From contig JAHLVW010000045.1 in NCBI GenBank assembly GCA_019058275.1, positions 81,664 through 105,663 on the forward strand: a stretch of 24,000 nt of DNA. The letters run 5' to 3'. The position numbers and the translations under genes were made by a program. Within the stretch, counting starts at the first letter, position 1. Every line of letters begins with the position of its first letter. This DNA comes from Candidatus Heimdallarchaeota archaeon (GTDB lineage Archaea; Asgardarchaeota; Heimdallarchaeia; JABLTI01). Under the pieces are notes generated by a model. That model was not told the origin of the DNA. It did no database searches and was given only the letters and a program-made list of their open reading frames with translations. Below are positions 16,275-23,611 of this stretch, in pieces.

Positions 16275-18350
16275 TCAATTTCTTTCTTGAATGAGCTTAA
16301 ATGATGAACCGCACCTTGGACACCTTGTTGGTGTTGAACCTTGTTGCGGAAAGGGTGCTGTACCAAATGCTTCTAAGGGGATCATTTCACCTCGCTCATC
16401 ATAACAGAATCGGCAAAAATGGGTATATTCTTCCTCGCCCTCTTCTGTTTGTCCATCAAATCTCTTTGGATTTGATCTATAGAATTCATCAATGGAAAAT
16501 TGCATTTCTATTGTTTCCTCTTCTAGGAATGCTTCGCACGCAATAGTATCTTTTCTGAGCATCGAGGTTGTAATATAATCCATTTTTTCTTTTGGTACTT
16601 TTCGTTCTGCTGTTTCTCTTACATCCCGCCAAAAATTACAATGATTTTTTTCATAATAATAGCAGTCTCCACATTTCTTATAGAAATACTCAGGAATCTC
16701 TTTTGTTGAATAATATGTTATTCTTTTCCCTTTTGGTGGTTTACCTGTAACAGTTTTTAGTGATAATAAATCGTTTTTCTCAAGACTAACTAATGCTCGT
16801 TCAACATCTGAACTTAATAATGAAAGGTTTAAAGCAATCAGAGTAAGTGTCATTGGAATTGTTGCATATTCTAGCTCTTCTTTGACAGCTTGTTCGATTG
16901 CTAACCGGTCTTTCTTTCCTATTAAAGGTACATCCATTAAGTCAAGGTTTTGTCCTATTGCTTTGCTGATAAGGCCAAAATTCTTTTTTGCTTCGGGTGT
17001 CATGTGCTCTTGAAGACTTGCCAATAATATTGATACTTTGAAAATAGTAAAGCTATCTTGTGTTCTTGAAAGAATTTTAGCAATAACCTCATCTTCATCA
17101 TTACCTTTAGTTTTCAACCTTCCAAGTACCATTTGTAAATCATCATAAGCTAATTTTCCATCAGTAAAATTATGGAAGATTTCCGAGATACAATTCCAAT
17201 CCAAAGTATCATTTTGTGTTCTATTTTTAATATTCAATAAAACGCCCATGGGATCTTCTCGTATTTCTTTGAAATATGTTGAAGCTATAAGGAACTTCTT
17301 GCCAAATGGCGTAAGAGTGTATATCCCTGAATTTTCTCTTACTTTAGAAATTAACGCAAAGTCACCTAGTGATTTTTGATATTTATCAAATAGACCTTCA
17401 GAGAAATTCCTTGGTTTAAACAATATTTCAATTAACATTTTTTGAAGAAAATCATGACTAGCTTCTAATTTGGATATATTTTGGAGTAATCGACAAATGA
17501 GTGAGTTTTGAATTCGTTGAATCATTTTGCTTTTTGATGGTTGTCCAGAATAGAGTCTTAACAACATTAAATATGGGAGAACAGATTGAAATTCTTCTTT
17601 AAGGACCTCTGGATTCAAATCTGAATTAAAGTAAAATTCGTGATCTCCTGAAATTTTAACCGCTGTTGTTACTATTAACATGTTCTTTTGTTCATCTAAA
17701 GGAACTAAACCTGGAGAGATGTAATGCATTCTGATGTTTTGGTTATTCGCTTTTCTCTTGAAAAACAAAATGCCATCTATATCAAAAGTAGTGAAGCTTT
17801 TTCTGGTTCTTCTTAGCGAGTCATTTTCTCTTAAAGGATCAACAAAAATATATGCGTTTGTATGTGGGAGATTAATTCTGTTCTTTAATTTAACATCAGA
17901 ACTTTTCCGATAAAGTAAGTTTCGAAGCAGACAATCATAGCTTGTAATTATCACACAATCATTTGCTGATGGGTAGCTGTTCCCTTTGAATTTTGAAAAA
18001 GTGGACGCAACTCGAATGGCATATTTATTTGATAAGGGATAAAAACCTTCATTGGATAAATTCTCAGTGGAAAAATTAGTTTCTTGATGAAGATTGAGCA
18101 TAGTGAATATCTTTCTTGCTTCATCAGCTGTTCGCACAACGATTATAGAAGATGAGTTGGCGAATCGCGAATTTAGAAGAGCTGAAGTAACAGCAATTTG
18201 TAATTGTTCATCAAGATCTGGTGTCACAAATAGCATATCTTCATCACAGCTTACTGCTTTCCGAATAGTAGCATTATCAACACCTCTTGGGAAGGGATAA
18301 TCTCGAAGAACTGTAGTAATGGCTTTTGGTAAAGCATTCACAAATCTCAT
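16275..18350 (-). CDS. Large multidomain protein (691 aa): degenerate SF2-helicase-like N-domain, wHTH, and two C-terminal Cys clusters (zinc-ribbon-like)
   Basis: ATG at 18350 (GGAGATTAAT-ATG) lies 1 nt after the upstream TAA. The N-terminus follows SF2 RecA1 spacing, but the Walker A position reads VTPDLDEQ and the DExH position reads FVDPLRE. wHTH-like LSSDVERALVSLEKNDLLSLKTV. Cys clusters: CGDC-x7-HC and CRFC-x28-CPRC. Confidence 0.72.
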   Translation of the reverse strand: MRFVNALPKAITTVLRDYPFPRGVDNATIRKAVSCDEDMLFVTPDLDEQLQIAVTSALLNSRFANSSSIIVVRTADEARKIFTMLNLHQETNFSTENLSNEGFYPLSNKYAIRVASTFSKFKGNSYPSANDCVIITSYDCLLRNLLYRKSSDVKLKNRINLPHTNAYIFVDPLRENDSLRRTRKSFTTFDIDGILFFKRKANNQNIRMHYISPGLVPLDEQKNMLIVTTAVKISGDHEFYFNSDLNPEVLKEEFQSVLPYLMLLRLYSGQPSKSKMIQRIQNSLICRLLQNISKLEASHDFLQKMLIEILFKPRNFSEGLFDKYQKSLGDFALISKVRENSGIYTLTPFGKKFLIASTYFKEIREDPMGVLLNIKNRTQNDTLDWNCISEIFHNFTDGKLAYDDLQMVLGRLKTKGNDEDEVIAKILSRTQDSFTIFKVSILLASLQEHMTPEAKKNFGLISKAIGQNLDLMDVPLIGKKDRLAIEQAVKEELEYATIPMTLTLIALNLSLLSSDVERALVSLEKNDLLSLKTVTGKPPKGKRITYYSTKEIPEYFYKKCGDCYYYEKNHCNFWRDVRETAERKVPKEKMDYITTSMLRKDTIACEAFLEEETIEMQFSIDEFYRSNPKRFDGQTEEGEEEYTHFCRFCYDERGEMIPLEAFGTAPFPQQGSTPTRCPRCGSSFKLIQERN

Positions 18351-18351
18351 A

Positions 18352-18954
18352 TTAATCTCCCTTTTCTTTTTGTGTTGAATAGTTACCAATTGCTGTGCTC
18401 CCACAATATTCCTTGATAATTGCTCTTAAATTTTCTTTTAATTCATCTTGTGACAAATGACTATTTTCTACTAAACTGTTCAAAAGTGTCTCAATAAGTT
18501 CTGATAAGTACCCCTTGTCTGTTTCTAATTGATTTAGAATATATGCTAACTCCTCTCTGTTCTTTTGTAATTGCTTAATTCCTCTCATAGAAGGTTTCAT
18601 CTGTTTTATTGTAATAGCAATTTGGAGATCAGGATAGTAAATATTTAGAATAAAACGGAATAATGGATTATTGATATTAACTTGATAAGCTTGTGTTTTT
18701 GAACGCTGAAGTTTGGTTAAAATATTGTTTTTCACTAGAAAGCTAACTAAATTATCTATTGTCCTTGAAGATAAGGATAGTTTTTCATCTATTTTGAATG
18801 CTTTTAATGAAGGATAATAATATACACCCTGATTTAATGCCTTATCAATCAAATATTTGCAGAAGATAGCTACTGAGTTTGTTACTTTTATTTTTGAACT
18901 GAATAATCCCTCATGAAAATATTGCTCTTGTACAACTGATATTTCAGAAGGCAT
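18352..18954 (-). CDS. wHTH DNA-binding protein (200 aa), first gene of the operon
   Basis: HTH-like LSLSSRTIDNLVSFLVKNNILTKLQRSK, with a helical C-terminal half. ATG at 18954. Confidence 0.65.
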   Translation of the reverse strand: MPSEISVVQEQYFHEGLFSSKIKVTNSVAIFCKYLIDKALNQGVYYYPSLKAFKIDEKLSLSSRTIDNLVSFLVKNNILTKLQRSKTQAYQVNINNPLFRFILNIYYPDLQIAITIKQMKPSMRGIKQLQKNREELAYILNQLETDKGYLSELIETLLNSLVENSHLSQDELKENLRAIIKEYCGSTAIGNYSTQKEKGD

Positions 18955-18981
18955 AATTATCAGTCTAATACTGCTAGATTT

Positions 18982-18989
18982 TATTTAAA
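18982..18989 (-). promoter_or_regulatory. Archaeal-type TATA box (TTTAAATA on the minus strand) for the six-gene operon
   Basis: Centred about 31 nt upstream of the ATG at 18954. This would give a very short or absent 5' leader. Confidence 0.4.
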
Positions 18990-18993
18990 AATC

Positions 18994-19060
18994 AATAAAT
19001 TCGCTAAAAAACAGAAAGCAAAGCAAAATCAAAAAAATAAATCGCGGAAAAACAGAAACG
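18994..19060. promoter_or_regulatory. Pair of about 25-nt direct repeats upstream of the operon promoter (candidate operator)
   Basis: AATAAATTCGCTAAAAAACAGAAAG (18994-19018) and AATAAATCGCGGAAAAACAGAAACG (19036-19060). About 21 identities with one 1-nt indel; offset is 41-42 bp. Confidence 0.45.
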
Positions 19061-19270
19061 GGAATTCATGTTATAGTTAGAAATCGTAATAATCCAGAAA
19101 AGCTCAATTTCACATCTGAAAAGAAGCCTTCTCCTACCTTATTTTTCGAAACGAGAGATTTCTTTAAGTCCCTTTAAAATTTCTAAAATTGTGTTTTTTT
19201 CTTTTTTTTTCAAATTAAAAGTGAAACTCACAAGAAATCATCTTCTAAATTCCTCTCAGAAGCTTGTGTC

Positions 19271-19337
19271 GGAACGACGACCGTAAAAGGGGCCCCCCAC
19301 GAAGTGGGGGAAATAGGTCGCACGAGGGGAGCGTTCA
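19271..19337. ncRNA. GC-rich nested-hairpin element (candidate structured RNA; strand unresolved)
   Basis: Three nested helices: GAACG (19272-76) with CGTTC (19332-36); CGACC (19278-82) with GGTCG (19316-20); CCCCCAC (19294-19300) with GTGGGGG (19304-10), closing a GAA loop. About 60% GC in a roughly 30% GC intergenic region. A T8 run lies on the plus strand about 30 nt downstream. Confidence 0.4.
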
Positions 19338-19424
19338 GCAACAGAGAAAGATATTATTGAAACTAGTTTTTTTTCTTCCGAATTTGTGAATTATTCTTTA
19401 CAGTCTTTCTCCACTGATAATTTC

Positions 19425-19445
19425 GGAATTACTCAAAAAAATTCC
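19425..19445 (-). terminator. Hairpin with T7 run downstream of the LAGLIDADG-HTH gene
   Basis: The minus strand reads GGAATT-TTTTTGAGT-AATTCC, starting 13 nt after the stop at 19458. Confidence 0.35.
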
Positions 19446-19457
19446 TTATAGGTAAAA

Positions 19458-21056
19458 TCAGTTTTTTGTTTGGAAGAATGTTTTAAGGTAAAGTTTTAGA
19501 ACAGAATTTAGTATCTTATTATTAGTAACTTTTATACCAAAATAGTCGCTTATATTTTTGTAAAGGATTTCTTTATTTTCAGATGTAGACAGGATAAGAA
19601 GATATCTATTCCGAAGTGATAAATTTCTTACAAGAGAGAGTAATTTTTCATTAGGTTGTAAGTCTAACCTTGCTTGTGTTTTACGAGAATGAAATAAATC
19701 AAGCTTATACTTATGTAAAAAAGGCATCAAATTTATTGGTGTACTAGAAATCATTAGTAATAGTTTTTCCAAAAGGGGTATTGGGAGACTATCACTATAT
19801 TCATATGAAGCTAATTTTCCTTTGGAAATCCCAAGGTATTCAGCTAAGTCTTGTTGTGTCCAAGAAAAATTATTCCGAACATTTCGTAAGAAAATAGTAC
19901 ATCCTACGACATGAAGAGTAGTAAGAAGGGAAAAGTTGAAGTAGTTTTCACCTTGTAATGAGAGAATCATTTTTGGATTAAAATCATAGATCAAAAAGTC
20001 TGTTGAGTGGTTTACTAGATTATACCTTTGTCGAGTTAGATATTCGTTAAAGTCTATCTTTTTAATCGGATGCCTTGGATGTAATACATTACTAAGGATG
20101 TCTTTTGAAATAGCTTTAATATTAACGGTGTACCCTGTTCCTAAATCTACTTCTCTTTCAGTTAATGAATATTTAATTTTATTTACATCTAAAACTCTTG
20201 CGAATTCATAAGCAAAAAATTTAGAGGAAGAGCTGAAACTAACATTGTCTTTATAACTGCCGTCTGCATCTAGTGCTCCAGACCAAAACTCCCAACGAAG
20301 ATCCTCGTCTGAAACAAAAATAAGTGGTTCTCTTAAAGCATGATACTTTTTACCGGTAATAGGTTGATCAGTTAAAAAATTGACTAATCGCACAAGCCAC
20401 TTATTATTTAGATGAAGTAACCAGACTTTTTTCTCACCGGTAACAGGCCCTTCAAATCCAAAAAGAGTTTTAGCTAGTGTTTGCATCATTTCCATGTGTT
20501 CTTTTGAAAAATCAACTATCACCACATTATGATAATTTAGATGCCCATCACCAATAACTGAGCCAAGAAAATAAGCTAAATCTCTACTTATTCTTGTAGG
20601 CATGTGAAAGTGTTCTCCCCGAGCAGATTGGAATGGAACATAATCTTGTGTTAGGAATTCTTGCCAGTGATCACTTAACCTGAATAGTGGAAAAGGTAAG
20701 CGTTTCTGATTCTCAGTGTAATCAATGATCTTTTGCTGCCACTTCTTAATGGAATAATCAATAGCTGTATCTTGAAAATAATGATGACTTCTCTCAGCTA
20801 ATGTTAATGATCGCTTACGTAATTTGCTCGCTAAATCTACTGTTAAAGAAATGTATGGTAATCTTTGAATCAGCCGTTCTCCTGCAAGAAAGTCGTGCTT
20901 GCGGATCATTATAGAGTAAAGGTTAAGTTTTCCTTGTTCTAGAAATATTTTCTCTTGCTTTTTTTGTTCTATTAACTTGTTCGCTGTTAACCATTCATTC
21001 TTTGGTGTTGGTTCCGTGTCTATCAGTAATGGATCATTTCGCCAGTTAAGCGTCAT
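19458..21056 (-). CDS. Free-standing double-motif LAGLIDADG endonuclease-like protein fused to an XRE-type HTH
   Basis: Motif 1 LAYFLGSVIGDGHL and motif 2 RWEFWSGALDADGSY lie about 95 aa apart, and both keep the acidic residue. HTH: FSWTQQDLAEYLGISKGKLASYE. The ATG at 21056 is preferred to the TTG at 21059. Confidence 0.75.
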   Translation of the reverse strand: MTLNWRNDPLLIDTEPTPKNEWLTANKLIEQKKQEKIFLEQGKLNLYSIMIRKHDFLAGERLIQRLPYISLTVDLASKLRKRSLTLAERSHHYFQDTAIDYSIKKWQQKIIDYTENQKRLPFPLFRLSDHWQEFLTQDYVPFQSARGEHFHMPTRISRDLAYFLGSVIGDGHLNYHNVVIVDFSKEHMEMMQTLAKTLFGFEGPVTGEKKVWLLHLNNKWLVRLVNFLTDQPITGKKYHALREPLIFVSDEDLRWEFWSGALDADGSYKDNVSFSSSSKFFAYEFARVLDVNKIKYSLTEREVDLGTGYTVNIKAISKDILSNVLHPRHPIKKIDFNEYLTRQRYNLVNHSTDFLIYDFNPKMILSLQGENYFNFSLLTTLHVVGCTIFLRNVRNNFSWTQQDLAEYLGISKGKLASYEYSDSLPIPLLEKLLLMISSTPINLMPFLHKYKLDLFHSRKTQARLDLQPNEKLLSLVRNLSLRNRYLLILSTSENKEILYKNISDYFGIKVTNNKILNSVLKLYLKTFFQTKN

Positions 21057-21104
21057 CAAGAATCATTCTCCAATAGCTTTGGTACGATCATACAATAAAA
21101 AGTC

Positions 21105-21314
21105 CTATTCTTCTACATACCATATCTGTGTTGGATTCTTGGTTACTCGAACCTTTTTCTTTGACTGAATTAAAGCTATCATCTCAATATATTCATTTAC
21201 AGTTCGCCAATTTAATCCTGTTTTTTTAGCGATCTTTCCCACACTTTGTGGTTCATCTGTTACCGTAGCCAATATCTGCTTGAAAATTTCCTCAGATTTC
21301 CTTCTAGAATCCAT
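21105..21314 (-). CDS. Small wHTH protein (69 aa)
   Basis: EEIFKQILATVTDEPQSVGKIAKKTGLNWRTVNEYIEMIALIQ is a typical wHTH recognition unit. It lies 45-48 nt upstream of, and co-oriented with, the LAGLIDADG-HTH gene. Confidence 0.6.
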   Translation of the reverse strand: MDSRRKSEEIFKQILATVTDEPQSVGKIAKKTGLNWRTVNEYIEMIALIQSKKKVRVTKNPTQIWYVEE

Positions 21315-21439
21315 ACTGAAACCCTCGCTATTGTATTCTTATTAAATATTGCATACTTATTTTATATAAACGCTAGCTTTATAAATATACGAAAGTATAT
21401 TATTATACAATATCATTGTAAAATAACACGGTGACACTC

Positions 21440-23599
21440 ATGTCTAACAAACGATCAAAAAACAAGCAAGTGGTTTATTCAAGTAATAAACCGGGGAGAG
21501 GAGTGAAATTCTCTGTTTATACTAACGGAGAAATTGTAATAGAAGGAGTAGGCTCTCAATATGGGTTAAACATTCCTGCTCAGTTAAAACAATGGTTAAA
21601 TCTTCCAGAAAGAAATGACTCTTTCAATTGGAAACTGAAAGCTGATCTTGAAATTATTTACGAGGATAAAAAGCATTTCTTGAAAGATATTTCAGTAACC
21701 ATTCTATTTAAATCGAAGAAATGGTTCATTAGTCCAAGTAATGTTCTTATCGAAGGAAAAAATCTTCGCAGCATACTTTCTGAGAGATCTGAATTGATCT
21801 GTTCTTTAATTTTACCTAGAAAATATTGGAGTAAAAAATATCTCCAAAGTATAAATATATTCAATTCTTTTAACTACAGCGAAAAATCAAATTTCAAAAC
21901 AATAGCTATTGGTGGAAAAGCAACAGGATTTTATGAAGTAATTCAAGACAACAAAAAACAATTTTTTATTAAATTAGAAACAAGTATGAGTGAATCAGGA
22001 GCTATACAGTTTCCAGCAGAATTAGCTCAGGTATTTAAGAATTGGACTAGCAACAAAGAATTATTCCTTTGTTTGTTTGAAGATGGACAGAAGCAAATAG
22101 TTGAAGCATCATTTGTTAAAGATAAAAGTAGACCTGAACGCATTCGAAAAGTATTGAATTTTTCTTATAATGGTGAAAGAAAAAATGTTTCCGTAATTTG
22201 TCACTCAAGTAATTTAGAATTATCATCTAAGATGAAGCAAGATGTTGAACTTAAACAAATATTAGTAAAGTTTGGTTTTCAATTAAAATCACTCAAATCA
22301 AACGTTTTTCCATTGGGAAGTCATAAAAACAAAAGATTTGAAGAAAAAGTAAGATTACTTTTTACTAATGCTTTCAATAAAACTGATGCGATAGTCAGAG
22401 ATGAGGTGGCTTTATCACCTAATTATTTAAAATCTCTCCCAATTGAAAGCCAGTATACTTTTGATTTGCTAGTATTTTATAAAAACAAGCAATTACCAAC
22501 ACCATCAAAACTTCTACTTCTAATTGAGATAAAATCATCCTTAGGTAAGAGCAAAACCAAAGTAATTAATGATAGTATAGCTAACTTGAAACATTATCAA
22601 ACGCATTTAGGAGAGGAAAATGTTCTACCAATTTTTGTTATGAATGCTGTATTCAATAAAAGAAAAAAAGAAATTATTGATATGTATAGTATTAAAAACG
22701 GTATTTTGATTCTTGACAATGATAAATTATGTTTATTCCGAGATCAACCTGAATTGTTAATTGAAACTATTCTTTCATTTAAACAAAAAATATCTCTACT
22801 GCAAAATAATCCTTTAGTTACATATCATCCACAAACTAAAGAAATTGTCAGTATAGAGAAGCTAAGAAATGAAGCATTAACATTACTTATCAATAAATCG
22901 AAGGGGGAGTTAGTTGACCGAAAAACTTTGAATTCTTATTGCATGTTAATGAATATTCGTAAAGCAGATTTCAATCGGTTATACCATTACTATGAGTCAG
23001 CTGTTAATGAAAATCATTCGATGACATCTTCATTAACTCCTCCTATTTATAAAAATAAAAGTACAATTATTTACAAAGCCATACACAATCATTTGTGTGA
23101 AAACGGTTCTGTTTCCATGATTCAAAAAATACCACAACAATGCTTTAATCGATCAAACTCTGAATTAAGACTGCATTCTCAACAAATCTATGATTTTCTA
23201 CCAAAAGAAATGCATGTTGTGGGTTTGAAAGAATATAACCATCAAGGTAAAACCTATGAAAAAATCATTCAAAAAGAACTAGAATCAAAAAAATATGAAG
23301 TAATACCTAACATCTTATTCTATTTTGCATTTCGATTAATTGAAATTGATTTATTTGCATTGAGAGAAAAGGAGCTTCTTCTTACCAGCTGCAAAAATAT
23401 GAGTAGTTTTGTTGACTTCCCACAAACTACAGTGGCGATTAAAAGAGCTGTTAAATTATTATCTTATAGAAAACAATTATTGAATGCAGATAAAGGTTTA
23501 GTATGTGTTAGAGTAAATAAACAATTTAGAGATAAATTCAAAAAGAAATTCAATAATAAAGTGTTTGCTAAGGATATTGAAGTAAAGATTACTGATTAG
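21440..23599 (+). CDS. Large protein (719 aa) with a central PD-(D/E)xK nuclease signature and a second degenerate one at the C-terminus
   Basis: FEEKVRLLF ... YTFDLLVFYKNKQLPTPSKLLLLIEIKSS gives an E...D...ExK pattern. The C-terminus has YEKIIQKELESKKYEVIP ... LIEIDLFALREKELLLTSCK (D...SxK). Two N-terminal segments look like AbrB/SpoVT units (GLNIPAQLKQWLNLP and AIQFPAELAQVFKNW). The ATG at 21440 is preferred to the GTG at 21431. TAG stop. Confidence 0.7.
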   Translation: MSNKRSKNKQVVYSSNKPGRGVKFSVYTNGEIVIEGVGSQYGLNIPAQLKQWLNLPERNDSFNWKLKADLEIIYEDKKHFLKDISVTILFKSKKWFISPSNVLIEGKNLRSILSERSELICSLILPRKYWSKKYLQSINIFNSFNYSEKSNFKTIAIGGKATGFYEVIQDNKKQFFIKLETSMSESGAIQFPAELAQVFKNWTSNKELFLCLFEDGQKQIVEASFVKDKSRPERIRKVLNFSYNGERKNVSVICHSSNLELSSKMKQDVELKQILVKFGFQLKSLKSNVFPLGSHKNKRFEEKVRLLFTNAFNKTDAIVRDEVALSPNYLKSLPIESQYTFDLLVFYKNKQLPTPSKLLLLIEIKSSLGKSKTKVINDSIANLKHYQTHLGEENVLPIFVMNAVFNKRKKEIIDMYSIKNGILILDNDKLCLFRDQPELLIETILSFKQKISLLQNNPLVTYHPQTKEIVSIEKLRNEALTLLINKSKGELVDRKTLNSYCMLMNIRKADFNRLYHYYESAVNENHSMTSSLTPPIYKNKSTIIYKAIHNHLCENGSVSMIQKIPQQCFNRSNSELRLHSQQIYDFLPKEMHVVGLKEYNHQGKTYEKIIQKELESKKYEVIPNILFYFAFRLIEIDLFALREKELLLTSCKNMSSFVDFPQTTVAIKRAVKLLSYRKQLLNADKGLVCVRVNKQFRDKFKKKFNNKVFAKDIEVKITD

Positions 23600-23611
23600 G
23601 ACTGCATTAAA

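Noticed and set aside
14221-18404. N-terminal extensions given by the ORF track for the helicase (to 14262), the 498-aa protein (to 16366) and the 691-aa protein (to 18404)
   Set aside because: Each extension runs into the preceding gene. An internal ATG sits immediately after the upstream stop codon, preceded by a GGAG-type SD for the helicase and the 691-aa protein and by a purine-rich GAGAGA tract for the 498-aa protein. The shorter models give a regular coupled operon.
19458-21056. The LAGLIDADG protein as an intein or intron-encoded homing endonuclease
   Set aside because: There are no extein-like flanking sequences, no N-terminal Cys/Ser splice residue, no C-terminal HN-C/S/T junction, and no rRNA/tRNA host. 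It has its own upstream wHTH gene and a downstream terminator-like hairpin.
21361-21408. Small dyads in the divergent promoter between the 69-aa wHTH gene and the 719-aa gene: TATAAACGCTAGCTTTATA around a GCTAGC core, and AATATAC-GAAA-GTATATT
   Set aside because: The arms are short (5-7 bp) and almost pure A/T in a TATA-rich promoter region. This is plausible as operator sites but not distinguishable from chance by eye.
4664-21864. Short ORFs from the six-frame track that lie inside or antisense to longer genes: 3474-3656, 4664-4849, 5258-5602, 5355-5642, 6872-7144, 7550-7741, 7815-8030, 9149-9376, 10726-11013, 11193-11435, 12782-13009, 16301-16546, 17951-18139, 18094-18300, 20977-21168, 21246-21434, 21658-21864
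   Set aside because: Each overlaps a much longer ORF that has recognisable motifs or coherent operon context. Their translations are low-complexity or Ser/Ile/Phe/Leu-rich, as expected for off-frame readings of AT-rich coding DNA, and none has an SD or promoter context of its own.
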